Origin: a virus
Lineage: Duplodnaviria > Caudoviricetes
Strand: one strand, 5' to 3'
DNA length: 53,709 nt
IMG/VR virus record: IMGVR_UViG_3300044999_000048
Location: 1-53,709 of that record
Below the pieces are notes generated by a model. The model did not search any database. It saw only the letters and a program-made list of their open reading frames with translations, and was not told the origin of the DNA. How positions within the stretch are numbered: the stretch's first letter is position 1; every line of letters begins with the position of its first letter. Shown here in pieces: positions 25,879-35,665 of this stretch. A program made the translations under genes and the position numbers.

Positions 25879-26822
25879 TCTCCACCGACATCATGTGACT
25901 GCATAAACTGCGACCCAAATTGTGACATTGGTGCGCGAGAAAATTCCCAAATGAGCCCACGCATAGCCGAATTGTCATCATTGCGACCCATTTTCTGTAT
26001 CTCCTCCTGATACTGGCTCTGCTTATACTTCGCCGTCTGCGGATCGTAATAGCGGCTGTTCTTGCCGCGGTGCAGCAAAGCATCCGGCAGCGCCCCCAAA
26101 ACGACCACATCCGAACGAATCCACAGTGGCGGAGCGTCTGCGTCGTTCACGAAGTCTGGTGGCTGCGTATAGGCCAGGAATGGAAACCCTTGCTGTGTGA
26201 TCGGGATTGGGTAAAGCTCGTAGAGGGGCTCTCCGGACGCCGACGGCGTGTAGTCCGCGACGGTGTGGGTAAACCCCACGGTCGCGCGCCAGGCGTCCCA
26301 CGCATTCAGCGCCGCCTGGGGAATGTGCAGCGCCATCCGGTAGCCCTGAAACTGGTTCACTACGTACAACAACATCTTGATGTTCGGTCCAAAACTGACG
26401 TAGCGCTGAAAAATCTGGTAGCCGACACCCGTCATCGTCGCTGGCGCCCAGGGAAGATCGATCGTCAGATCGGTTGCGCTGTTTACTGCCGTGATTGTGG
26501 AGGTTGGGGTAGAGAATCCTACCCGGATTTGCCGGCCCACCATCGTGGCGTCCCAGGAGGTCCCTACGCCAACGACGTCGGTGCTGCCGGTAGTGAACGT
26601 GGCCGTCCCGGTCGAGTACAAATTCGCGATCGGGAGCGTCCCATGCAGGACACAACCGTACCAGCGGCGATGGTCCAGGATCCTGCGGAAGCTGTTGCAT
26701 ATCATCCGGCCCGCCTGAACCGGGTCCAAATCTGGATTCCACTGAAGTAGCTCATTTTTCATTTGGCGAAAATTGAGCTGCGCGGTGGCTGGAGCAGATG
26801 ATTGCGCGACCGTTGTTGGCAT
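25872..26822 (-). CDS. Head-tail adaptor-like protein with inserted beta domain
   Basis: N-terminal helix pair, GTATFTTGSTDVVGVGTSW insert, ELYPIP...Y....D...D.D.P, C-terminal helices. Confidence 0.6.
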   Translation of the reverse strand: MPTTVAQSSAPATAQLNFRQMKNELLQWNPDLDPVQAGRMICNSFRRILDHRRWYGCVLHGTLPIANLYSTGTATFTTGSTDVVGVGTSWDATMVGRQIRVGFSTPTSTITAVNSATDLTIDLPWAPATMTGVGYQIFQRYVSFGPNIKMLLYVVNQFQGYRMALHIPQAALNAWDAWRATVGFTHTVADYTPSASGEPLYELYPIPITQQGFPFLAYTQPPDFVNDADAPPLWIRSDVVVLGALPDALLHRGKNSRYYDPQTAKYKQSQYQEEIQKMGRNDDNSAMRGLIWEFSRAPMSQFGSQFMQSHDVGGDW

Positions 26823-26976
26823 TTAAGACTCCAGATTTGGAATCCTGAAAAATCTATTTACGGCATCTTGGCCTTCTTACTCAAAACCGAGCGTCCTTTG
26901 TGATCTTGGGAGCCTATAACTGTTCCTGGGTTTCTGAACTCATTTTATGCTCATCCCCAATGTCACCATAAAAGAT

Positions 26977-29106
26977 TCACGGTACGTGCCTGCCGCTAGA
27001 TGACGCCGTAGGGTAAGAAAGAATGTGCATGGCATCGCCAAGCGCCCGTCGCGCCGCTTGCAAGCCCGCGCCACTAGTTTCAAACGTATAAGAGTTCGTT
27101 ACCCAAGTTGCGAGTTGCGTGTTGGTAAAAGTTCCCTGCCCAGAATTCGTCAGCTTGTTCAGGTACTCATAGTCCTGCACGCCGTCTCGGATGTGCTTGA
27201 GGCGAATGCTCGGTAAAATGAGCGGTATCGTCACACTGGCGCCCATGTAGTTGATTTTTCCGGCCATGACTCCACCGGCATAGACCAGTGTTCCGTCGCC
27301 CCAATTTCCAGAGTAGTAGATACCATTCCAGGGATCGTAGTTAGCAGCCAACTGTGATGGGGTACAGTTATTATTGCTATTGATTGTAGCAAAAGAACAA
27401 ACATCGCCCGCGTAATAAAGCTCTCCCGTCTGACCGTGCAAAAACGTGAGCCACTCCATAACACGATGCGCTGCGGGCTTGCCGTCCACATTGTAGTTCG
27501 GCCAACCCACGTAGGTATACCCTGACGCTCCAGGTCCAGGGTGTGTATTGCCGCAAGTTCCCGAACTAGAGCAGGCTAAATAGGACCACCACTGACGCGG
27601 GATTCCAACTGTTGAGCCGGTCAGCCAAGTTCGATAGGTCGAAAGAGGTTGGATCGGCCCGCCCATCGGTTCCAGTTGGTTGATAACTGGGACTAAAATG
27701 TCAATGTCATTCAAGATGCAGGTATTGGAGCCGCAAGTGGTCGTGCTGAACGTATTAGCTGCTGTTTGGTTTCCTTGTCCCCAGAAAATCTCAGTCGTTA
27801 CCAATTCAGGAATGCCTGGATTCAAGTATCCATGACGCGTTGCGGCATTCGTTGTGAGTTGCGAGAACGCCTGAGACGGCATGGCCGCGCCACAAGTACC
27901 TTGCCCCACGGGAAAGGGTTCATCGCAGAGATAATCAAAGAGAGGTAAAGTTCCAGCCGTTCCGTAGCCTTGTATGATGAAATGTGTCTGCCAATTGCTC
28001 CAGATCGCGACGCTGGCTATTTGCGACAGGAAATCTATCGTTTTCGTCGTCTGTTTGGAATTAGTAAGGATTGGACAGGTCGTCCCAGCGCCTCCGTGAA
28101 GATTGCAGGTCGTTCCAGTCATCATCGGACCATAAATCGTATCCCATGTCGCAAACGACCCTGATTGGGGATAAACATTACCTAGACCACCCATATTGAA
28201 ACGGTGATCTTTCATGAGCAGCGAGGCATCGTTCCACTGATAGGTAACACCAGCATCGTTGCCACCACCAGAACCAGGGTAGCTTGTACATAAGTCTGTA
28301 GTTGTGCCTCCTGGGTTGTACATTTGATCGCAAAGGCCGTTGTAGACCCAGTTGGAAAGTTCCGCTTTGAGCGTCGGCGTCGCAGGCATGAAGCTGGCGG
28401 AGGGCCATTGCCAAACGGCGAGAGTCACAGGCATCGTGGCCAGCGTTGTCGTGCTGTCTTTGACCGTGATCGTGCCAAGGTAGTAGCCAGAGGGCGCTGC
28501 TGGGGGGATCAGGATGTCGATCCAGAAACTTTGATTGTTTCCTGCTGTTTCCGCGAACGGTTGCGCGTTGGTCGTTTGGCCCCAGTAGGGATCGACAGTC
28601 GGGATCAGGATATCGGGATAATAGCCGAGAGCACCTTGGTAAAAGGTATTGAAATTCGCCCCGCCAGGGACCGCTGAATCGAGTTGGTTGTTGGACGGAT
28701 ACATTTGCACGTTGATATAAGCTTCGCGGTAGACGATGATGTTGGGCGGGGGAGCGGTAGCCGCAGAGATCGTAGAGCTACTTGGAGAGGTTTGCACGAA
28801 ATTGCTGGCCGCCACCGTCAGCGCGGAATAGCCGCCACCGGGAGCCTGTATGTGAACCTGGAAGTCCACGAACTCGTTCTGCGTGCCCCGTATCGTGAGC
28901 GTGCAGGCGTTGGCGGCTGGCGAGCCGCTATCCTGCCGCACCTTTTGTAGTGAATCCGTCATCCAGATATTCGAGGCATACTGGGAGTGGGCACAGTTCG
29001 TGTCCATGGCGGGCACGTAAGCAGGGCCGAGAGGATTAGTGGCCGCGTGTGTGGTCATCGCGGAAGTCACTATGAGTAAGGCTAGATAGAGGATTAGGCG
29101 TTTCAT
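26977..29106 (-). CDS. Secreted DUF4091/GH123-like glycoside hydrolase
   Basis: Signal peptide; GTQNEFVDFQV, YLCDEP, GDGTLVY and PSIRLKHIRDGVQDYEYL motifs. Confidence 0.75.
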   Translation of the reverse strand: MKRLILYLALLIVTSAMTTHAATNPLGPAYVPAMDTNCAHSQYASNIWMTDSLQKVRQDSGSPAANACTLTIRGTQNEFVDFQVHIQAPGGGYSALTVAASNFVQTSPSSSTISAATAPPPNIIVYREAYINVQMYPSNNQLDSAVPGGANFNTFYQGALGYYPDILIPTVDPYWGQTTNAQPFAETAGNNQSFWIDILIPPAAPSGYYLGTITVKDSTTTLATMPVTLAVWQWPSASFMPATPTLKAELSNWVYNGLCDQMYNPGGTTTDLCTSYPGSGGGNDAGVTYQWNDASLLMKDHRFNMGGLGNVYPQSGSFATWDTIYGPMMTGTTCNLHGGAGTTCPILTNSKQTTKTIDFLSQIASVAIWSNWQTHFIIQGYGTAGTLPLFDYLCDEPFPVGQGTCGAAMPSQAFSQLTTNAATRHGYLNPGIPELVTTEIFWGQGNQTAANTFSTTTCGSNTCILNDIDILVPVINQLEPMGGPIQPLSTYRTWLTGSTVGIPRQWWSYLACSSSGTCGNTHPGPGASGYTYVGWPNYNVDGKPAAHRVMEWLTFLHGQTGELYYAGDVCSFATINSNNNCTPSQLAANYDPWNGIYYSGNWGDGTLVYAGGVMAGKINYMGASVTIPLILPSIRLKHIRDGVQDYEYLNKLTNSGQGTFTNTQLATWVTNSYTFETSGAGLQAARRALGDAMHILSYPTASSSGRHVP

Positions 29107-30686
29107 TACAATGTCCTCGTGACCCAGGCATCAATTTGATAACTCCCAGTCCCAACGCCGCAGGCTGTATATCCGGTCGCGTATTGAATAATCGAGCCAT
29201 TTGATGAGATGTTAAACTGGCCGCTCGCCCACGCGGTCGCGTTGGATGTAGTAAAATGGAAAGTTCCGGTCGTGGCCACCAAGCTGGCCGAATCATCCAT
29301 TGCCAAGCTAGTAGCTGAGTGCGCTGTTCCGTTCTGATCGGTCCAGGTCAACAAAAATGTCACACCGCCCGCGCCGGGCGTTCCACAGGCTGTGCCTGTT
29401 TGCGTAAAGGCCCACTCCACCGTGTAATTGCCCGCCTTGTTGCAGTTGCCCGCCGTAGCTGCGCAGAGTGTGGCTGTTGAAATTGCCGCTGTTTGCGCGG
29501 TCAAATGGATTGGCGTGGTCTGCCGGATGATGAAAGTGCCGCCCATGTCCGGGAGATTGTGGGTAAGGGAACTCGTCTCGTTTGCGGCGATGTAATCGGT
29601 AAATTGATTAGTATCTAAGCCTATCGCATTGGCACCCACGTTAAAACCACTGGCCACAGCGACGCCCTGATTACTAGCAACTTTTAATATTTTCGATCCG
29701 CAGGCTCCCGCCACATTCGTGCAGACATCGAAAATGTCGGAAGCGGGAGCCCCAGCAGTTGTCCCAAGAACCGTCATTCCAACAATATCCGTGGTCGGCG
29801 CAACCGTGTTCGCTGCTGTCGTGGCCGGAACCTGGACGAGAGCGCCCGCTGCGGCACTACCCACTACCGTACATTGGAAATTCGTGTTAGTGACATCGGC
29901 GTAGCAGTAAGCAGTCTGGGCCGTTGTCACGGCAAGCGAGGCCCCAAGGACACCATTGTTCCCGGCAATCTGAGCGCCGCCTGTTGGGGTAATCGTCGCT
30001 GTCCCAGCACCGATATCTTTTAAGAAGAAGAAAAAGTTCTTATCAAGAGGCGCAGTCCCAAGTGTACTGACCGTCGTGACAACGATAGCCCCCGCGTTAT
30101 TCTCGATGATCCCATTGCCGCGATCCGTTCCTACGATGGTATCGCTGGTGGTCGTCTGAGAGCGTGGAACAACGCCCGTTGCCCAGCCCGTCTGCGGATT
30201 AAGAAGCTGAAACTCAACCCCATCGTATCTTGCGCAAGCGATGGAACCATTGGTGCCCGAAATGTCGCCAGCGACTAGGGCGCTTGTTCCTGGATATTTA
30301 GTGATAGGCTTGGCGCTAAAAGTACTCGTGCCACTGCCCGCCAGTGTCGGAGCCGCTCCCGTGTTATCCGCAATCGGCAACCAACACATTTCATAGTTTG
30401 GCACGAGCGTTACATTCGTCACCGCCGTCGTTGGCGCTACCGTTTGCGCTTGCGTCGTGCCACCGCCGACGGAGTAGTTGGGGCCGAAAGCTCCACCCCC
30501 GCCGCCAGCCAGCATCCACGTCCCAACTCCTGCGGTAATCTTGCAGGAGTACACATTCCCCGTGGTGACATCCGTGTAAACCTGAATCGACTTGCTGCAA
30601 TCAAACGTGGGAACCTGCGCCTTGGCAGAATGCGGCAAGAACACAAACAGAAACGCGAACAACGCGAGCAGTTTAATTTTTTTCAT
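29106..30686 (-). CDS. Thr/Gly/Ala-rich fibre/adhesin-like protein with signal peptide
   Basis: Likely start MKKIKLLALFAFLFVFLPHSAKAQ (30686); NTGAAPTL...AKPI.K...L.AGDI...YDG..FQLLNP fibre-like block. Confidence 0.65.
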   Translation of the reverse strand: MKKIKLLALFAFLFVFLPHSAKAQVPTFDCSKSIQVYTDVTTGNVYSCKITAGVGTWMLAGGGGGAFGPNYSVGGGTTQAQTVAPTTAVTNVTLVPNYEMCWLPIADNTGAAPTLAGSGTSTFSAKPITKYPGTSALVAGDISGTNGSIACARYDGVEFQLLNPQTGWATGVVPRSQTTTSDTIVGTDRGNGIIENNAGAIVVTTVSTLGTAPLDKNFFFFLKDIGAGTATITPTGGAQIAGNNGVLGASLAVTTAQTAYCYADVTNTNFQCTVVGSAAAGALVQVPATTAANTVAPTTDIVGMTVLGTTAGAPASDIFDVCTNVAGACGSKILKVASNQGVAVASGFNVGANAIGLDTNQFTDYIAANETSSLTHNLPDMGGTFIIRQTTPIHLTAQTAAISTATLCAATAGNCNKAGNYTVEWAFTQTGTACGTPGAGGVTFLLTWTDQNGTAHSATSLAMDDSASLVATTGTFHFTTSNATAWASGQFNISSNGSIIQYATGYTACGVGTGSYQIDAWVTRTL

Positions 30687-30690
30687 AGAT

Positions 30691-31083
30691 TTAATTTCCA
30701 GCAACCTCCACGTCAAACGTCGCGCTCAAGACTCCGCCCGACAAGAAGACCAGCACGGAAACGGAACTCAAATTAATGTCCACGTTGAACGGAAGCAACC
30801 AATCAATCACGTCACCAGCTCCGGCTGCCGGAAATGATCCGAGCGTGATGGTCTTGGTTCCGTCCGTGCCAGTCACCTTCAGCGCGGTAATCGTGGCGGC
30901 GTTGACCGCAGACGAGCGTACGCGGCAGTAGCCGGCCCGGCAAGTCAGGCGGTTCACCCCTGCCAGCGAAACGGTAATAGTGGAAAAGGCAACCGTCGTC
31001 AGATTTGCTAGACTTTGCGCTTCCACTTGTGCCAGCCCAAACCCTGGAATGATGCGCGCGATCGGATTTGCAAAGGCTCCCAT
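30691..31083 (-). CDS. Putative minor virion protein
   Basis: 130-aa beta-rich ORF in the head module. Confidence 0.55.
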   Translation of the reverse strand: MGAFANPIARIIPGFGLAQVEAQSLANLTTVAFSTITVSLAGVNRLTCRAGYCRVRSSAVNAATITALKVTGTDGTKTITLGSFPAAGAGDVIDWLLPFNVDINLSSVSVLVFLSGGVLSATFDVEVAGN

Positions 31084-31203
31084 AAGAACTCCATATTTGG
31101 AATTTTTCCAAAGTTTGGATCACTGGCGGACTGTTGAGACGGAGAGACCCAACAATCCGCCAGCTTCGCCATACCGCCCACCTAAGTAAGCGGATCTCGT
31201 GGA

Positions 31204-31515
31204 TTAATCGTCGAGGCTGTAGGCAAGCCCCCGGTACGTGAACGTGGAAACGTTCGTCGCAGGGGTTTCATCCGCCCCGCTAACCTCGAACATCACTTTC
31301 CCGGTCTGGCTGTTGTAGTAAGGATTGGTGGCAATGCCGGCCGTATTGCCGGCGATGAATTCGATTCCAAGAATGTTGCGGAGCCCAAGCGCCGCGGCCG
31401 TGACGGCGTATCCACCGGCTGGATAGGAAGTATCTCCGGTGATGTCAAACGCCACGGCGCGCAGTTTTCCGACAACATTCTCCGACCCAACAACTCGTGT
31501 GATGGTGGCTGCCAA
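31204..31515 (-). CDS. Putative capsid decoration protein
   Basis: DITGDTSYPAGGYAVTAAALGL motif; downstream of the capsid gene. Confidence 0.55.
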   Translation of the reverse strand: MAATITRVVGSENVVGKLRAVAFDITGDTSYPAGGYAVTAAALGLRNILGIEFIAGNTAGIATNPYYNSQTGKVMFEVSGADETPATNVSTFTYRGLAYSLDD

Positions 31516-31527
31516 AGATCACCTCCC

Positions 31528-32082
31528 CTAAAATCCCTGATCTTCAACGCAGACTCGCAAGTCGGATTTTCCGCCCGAAACGGCGGTTTCCGCCATTGCC
31601 AGAACCGTGTTGGTTGGAGCGGTGCCTTTGGCTACACGAGCGGTTAATTGGGTTCCCGTGGCGCCGATAATGGAATCCCCGGCAGCCGTCGAGGCGGCAA
31701 TCGGAACGGCGGCAATGTGCCCGGAAACCAGAATGAACACGAAGTTTCCATTTGTGGCGCTGGTATTGGCTAAAATTCCGGCAATACCGTTGAGCGCCAT
31801 GAGAGCTTCCGTGTCTTTTTGGGTCACGACCTGGTAGGTGTTGTCCTTCCAGTAGACCGGGCCAAACACTTTGGTCGCGTCCACCGTGGTGTTGAGCCGA
31901 ACGTAGCGCCACTTCTGCACTCCACCCGTCACGGACTCGATAACGTAAACAGCAACCCCCAGGGCGATGCGCGCGCCATTGTTCAGCTTCGTTGTGTCGT
32001 ACGCATCGTTAACCGTCGCCGGGTTGCCAGTGAAAATTTCCGCCGTCAAGCTAGATTGTATGGGTGATCCAGGTGTCGCCAT
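31528..32082 (-). CDS. Putative capsid cement/auxiliary protein
   Basis: WRYVR...G.FVFILVSG; immediately after the major capsid gene. Confidence 0.55.
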   Translation of the reverse strand: MATPGSPIQSSLTAEIFTGNPATVNDAYDTTKLNNGARIALGVAVYVIESVTGGVQKWRYVRLNTTVDATKVFGPVYWKDNTYQVVTQKDTEALMALNGIAGILANTSATNGNFVFILVSGHIAAVPIAASTAAGDSIIGATGTQLTARVAKGTAPTNTVLAMAETAVSGGKSDLRVCVEDQGF

Positions 32083-32094
32083 GTCAAGATCCCC

Positions 32095-33879
32095 CTATCC
32101 TGTGATCCCGGTGAGCCTGAACATCAGCCGGGGCGCACGGTTAAGCAAGTTGCCGCCAAACAAATATTGACCCGCTACGTCGTCGGTGTTCTGAGCCTCT
32201 TTCCAGCCCGTAAAGCCAAACTGGTACTTGCGCTCAGTCGTAACGTAGAGGTCGATATAGTTGGTGTTAAGCCCGTAAACTGTCTGGGCCGGAATGTACA
32301 TGTCAACGGTCAGGCTGCTCCCGTTAAATCGCAAAACCTGGAAGCCGAGTTTCCCAACGTCGCTGGATTCCTCGTTGAACCGCTGTTGTGGCTGCATCTT
32401 GTTCCAGATGACGTTCCAAGTCCCCTGGTCGGTGCAGAGCAGATCGGGCCGCTCCGGGCCGAACCAGCAGGAACCGTAAGCCGTCTGGAGTTGCGACAGC
32501 GCGAGGTTGCCGATAGTGCCGAGGAAATATCCGTTGATTCCAACGTTGGCGCCCGAGGCGATGTCGGAACGGGTGATGCCGCCGTAGGTTGTGAAATTGG
32601 TCAGCTTTGTTACTCGCAGCTTACGCTGCGGGGCTGTACATTTCTGACAGCCTCTTCATGTCGCCATGAAGCTCGGACTTTATCTTTACGATGTCCATAG
32701 GGACTCTCGTATCTGACGTGAAGTCTCTGAGGATTCGACTGCGAATAAGATCTTCAAAATGTTCTTCGAGTTTGCAAGTTTGCTTGTGGCACGGGGCACA
32801 AAGCGTCGCGCCATTTTCCACATCATAGCGAAGCCCTGGGAAATCAGAGAACCGCTTAATGTGGTGAGCGTGCAATTTCTTAAGGTGACGAAGGCAGAGC
32901 ACGCACGTAAAATGGTCCCGTTGATAAACTGCAAGACGCCAATCAGCATACTGTTGAGATGCCTTAGCAACATCCCGTTCACTCGAAATGCCACCCTTCC
33001 ATTTGTTGTTGTTTGAACCTGTGCGGGTAGCACCGTAGCATTCTCTGCTACAAAACTTTCTGAAGTCGGCCTGATAGTTTCTGCCAACAAAAAACAAAGA
33101 ACCACATTGCTGACAGACTTTCTCAATCTTTCCACCCTTCCATGAGCGATGTCTTTCTCCAACTTGTCCACCTGGAAGCGCAGAAGACCACCATGTCTCA
33201 TAGCATTTCCTAGAGCAGTAAACTGTGGGACGCACGCGATCTTGCCACGCAGCCCGGTATACTGGCTCTCCACATACTGAACATGGTTTGTATCGGCCAT
33301 TCTTTCGCATTCGTCTTTCCTGCGGATTGTCCGCGACTAGAGGTTTTTACGCTAACAGCAAGCGTACCCTAGTATACCCGGAGTTTCCCGCATATAGTCA
33401 GATTTTTCGACAGCAACATGTTTACCGTCGTCGACCGAAGCTTGAAAACCATCCAAGTTAATGATCGAACTGTTTGTCCCTTGGCCATCCAGATACATAT
33501 CAGTTGCCAAGAGTTCCGCCATACGACCTGCTGCGTTCGCCATCTTTGATTCAATCAAAGACATCGCAGCCTCCGGACCCCTATTAAGAATGTGGTCCGT
33601 TCCGTAAAGCGTGATGTTCACATAGTATTGCTTGATGAGCACTTCAAGGCTTGTGTCCGTCTGAACGTACGTTACGTCGAACGCCTGCCCGCGAGCAAAC
33701 GCGCCGCCTTTCAGCCGGGCGTACATCAACGGCTGAACGATGGAACGTCCGCCCTCAAACTTCATTCGATTACGTGTGCGCAGCCTCGTCAGAACTGGAC
33801 TCACCTTGTAGACGCTGTCGACCAGGGCGGGAACGATAAAGCGATTCGTTTTACCCGTGAGGTCGTCGTAGGTCAACAT
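32095..33879 (-). CDS. Major capsid protein, two exons (33424-33879 and 32095-32601; about 320 aa spliced)
   Basis: Exon 1 MLTYDDL...LVDSVYK.SP.L..L...GG.SI...YLDGQG...LDGFQASVDDG joins in frame to TNFTTYGGITRS...PDLL.T....WN...QPQQRF...GFQ.L.FNG; follows the scaffold. Confidence 0.88.
32602..33423 (-). mobile_element. Group I self-splicing intron (822 nt)
   Basis: 5' exon ends in U and can pair with GTTGCTGTC (P1). P TATGCGGGAAACTCC, Q GGACAATCCGCAG, R TCAGAGACTTCACG, S AAGATAAAGTCCGA; P3 TCTGAC/GTCAGA; terminal G at 32602. Confidence 0.92.
32621..33310 (-). CDS. Intron-encoded HNH homing endonuclease
   Basis: Two CxxC...CSxxC...WKGG repeats, then VYQRDHFTC..C...LHAHHI...YDVENGATLCAPCH. 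Confidence 0.9.
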   Translation of the reverse strand: MRKNGRYKPCSVCGEPVYRAAWQDRVRPTVYCSRKCYETWWSSALPGGQVGERHRSWKGGKIEKVCQQCGSLFFVGRNYQADFRKFCSRECYGATRTGSNNNKWKGGISSERDVAKASQQYADWRLAVYQRDHFTCVLCLRHLKKLHAHHIKRFSDFPGLRYDVENGATLCAPCHKQTCKLEEHFEDLIRSRILRDFTSDTRVPMDIVKIKSELHGDMKRLSEMYSPAA

Positions 33880-34005
33880 TCAGGTTTGTTTCCTTTCCTA
33901 AGATTTGACTCCAACCTTCGGTCTTAGGGCCTTCGAGGCTGCGCCAAATGGCTTCCCGTAGGGCCTTGTCGTGCCTGCGGCTGCGGCCGTAGCCTTCCGC
34001 TACTA

Positions 34006-34881
34006 CTAAACTTTTCCCTCCTGCCGTAATTCTTGTGCGGCAAGCGAGGCCATTCGGCCATCCCCCGGCATCGTGCCTTCCGGGATGTCGACGGGCGGTT
34101 TCCCCTGTAAACGAAGCTGCAAAGGACCCATTTCCGGAGCCGGCGCGGCGCCCGTTCCGGGAATACCCATCTTGCTGCGCAAGTCTTTCTCAATTTCCTC
34201 GCGCAGTTTGGCCTCGTGGATTTTCGAGCGGTCCTCACCGACAAAGAGTTCATAGCCCTGTTTCGGATCGGCGATTTTCTTCTCCACCAAAAACTTGGAA
34301 AAAGCGATGGGGTCAAGCGGTTTCTTGAATTCGTCCCGATGCTGGAACTGCAACTCGATCATGGCGTTGGTCCAGGCCATAGTGCTCGGAAAGGTTTGCT
34401 CCATAAACTGTTTCTGACGATCGTCGGCCATCGCCTTGATCGCCGTGTCCATGTCGGCCTTGGAGATGTACCCTTTGCTGGCGATTTCCGCGTTCACTTT
34501 TTTCATGATTTCGTCAGCGTTCAAGCCCTTGTACTCCTCTCCGCCACCGCCGTTGTTTCCGCCGCCTGCCGCTGCCGCCTTGGCTTTCGCTTCCTCGAGT
34601 TCCTTTTCCTTAGCGGCAAAATCGGTAACCAGCTTCTCATGCTTCGGAACGTTTTCTTTGGCCCAGGTGTCCCACTTCTTGGCGGTTTCCTCGAGCGCTT
34701 TTAGGCGCTCGAATTCCGTCTTGTTCGCGTTCATTTGCCGATCGTAATCGGCTTGCCGCAAGTTTCCTTCGAAATGCTCGCGAACGGACGGATCGGCTTC
34801 GAGTTGCGCGCGAAACACTTCTCGCGCCTTCTCGTCCTTCATCGTGGAAAGCATTTCCTCCATACTTTTTGATAGTGCCAT
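34006..34881 (-). CDS. Capsid scaffolding protein
   Basis: 291 aa, charged coiled-coil, LRQADY motif; directly upstream of the capsid gene; ends TAG TAG TAG. Confidence 0.7.
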   Translation of the reverse strand: MALSKSMEEMLSTMKDEKAREVFRAQLEADPSVREHFEGNLRQADYDRQMNANKTEFERLKALEETAKKWDTWAKENVPKHEKLVTDFAAKEKELEEAKAKAAAAGGGNNGGGGEEYKGLNADEIMKKVNAEIASKGYISKADMDTAIKAMADDRQKQFMEQTFPSTMAWTNAMIELQFQHRDEFKKPLDPIAFSKFLVEKKIADPKQGYELFVGEDRSKIHEAKLREEIEKDLRSKMGIPGTGAAPAPEMGPLQLRLQGKPPVDIPEGTMPGDGRMASLAAQELRQEGKV

Positions 34882-34948
34882 CGTGTCCTTCCCTTCTCCT
34901 CTTTTAGAGAAGCTGCGGGCTGCGGACTTGTCCGCCGTGGCGGATTAA

Positions 34949-35365
34949 CTATCCGACAAAACCCTTATTCATATCTTTGTCGGGAGATTGCACGTCCGGT
35001 GAGCCAGAACCTTTCTCGCCCGAACCTCCCACCATGCCTGGCTGCGAGGATTTCAGTTCCGCCGCCAAGCCTTGTTGCAAAAGGTCCGAGGCTTGCCGCG
35101 CATACGTGGACATGGACTTCCCCATCTGCGCGATTTCCTCGAGCACTTTTTTGACTGCATTCACTTTGACAATGAGAGCGCCTTGCGGGTGGGCCTTCTC
35201 GATCGCGGAAAATCCCTGTGAGTCGTCCTCCTCGCCCTTTTGGCCTTGCAGCATCTTGCCAATGCCGGCGTAAGGAGACCCGGCCTCCGGGCCAGCGCCC
35301 ATTTGAGACGAGGTATCGGGAGGAAGAGGTGGCGTGGCGCCCAACGTCATGGGGTTGGAAGCCAT
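34949..35365 (-). CDS. Hypothetical head-module protein
   Basis: 138-aa Pro/Gly-rich ORF in operon order. Confidence 0.55.
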   Translation of the reverse strand: MASNPMTLGATPPLPPDTSSQMGAGPEAGSPYAGIGKMLQGQKGEEDDSQGFSAIEKAHPQGALIVKVNAVKKVLEEIAQMGKSMSTYARQASDLLQQGLAAELKSSQPGMVGGSGEKGSGSPDVQSPDKDMNKGFVG

Positions 35366-35369
35366 CTAC

Positions 35370-35552
35370 CTACTCTTCTCCGCCACCCGTGTGTCCCGAC
35401 TTCTGATTGACCGACGTTGCTTGATGATTTAACGGCGCGTGCGACCCGACCGGTTGCAACTGGCCCTTGCTGAGCTTCATAACGTCGTTGATCGAGGAAT
35501 CGTCGTGCCCCTCATTGTCGAACGCGCTGCCTGCTTTTTTCTTGTCTGCCAC
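35370..35552 (-). CDS. Small hypothetical protein
   Basis: GTG start with SD AAGGAG. Confidence 0.55.
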   Translation of the reverse strand: MADKKKAGSAFDNEGHDDSSINDVMKLSKGQLQPVGSHAPLNHQATSVNQKSGHTGGGEE

Positions 35553-35596
35553 GGTAGTACTCCTTTCAGGTGAGAATAAACTCCAAATATGGAGTT

Positions 35597-35665
35597 CTAG
35601 TACCGGCCCTTCATTTTCTCTTCCTTGCGGCCCTTCTTCCTGCCCTTGCCCTTACGTTTCGCCAT
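35597..35665 (-). CDS. 22-aa highly basic peptide MAKRKGKGRKKGRKEEKMKGRY
   Basis: SD GGAGG, start overlaps the upstream stop (TGATG); below the ORF-track size cut-off. Confidence 0.6.
   Translation of the reverse strand: MAKRKGKGRKKGRKEEKMKGRY

Noticed and set aside
33354-33364. Further AACAGCAAGCG copy inside the intron
   Set aside because: It is not in a promoter context and lies in a structured intron arm; it cannot be distinguished from coincidence.
33352-33423. C-terminal KHVAVEK...YACC tail of the 175-aa capsid ORF, and the 100-aa ORF 32095..32397 as a separate gene
   Set aside because: The tail is read-through into the intron; the 100-aa ORF is part of exon 2.
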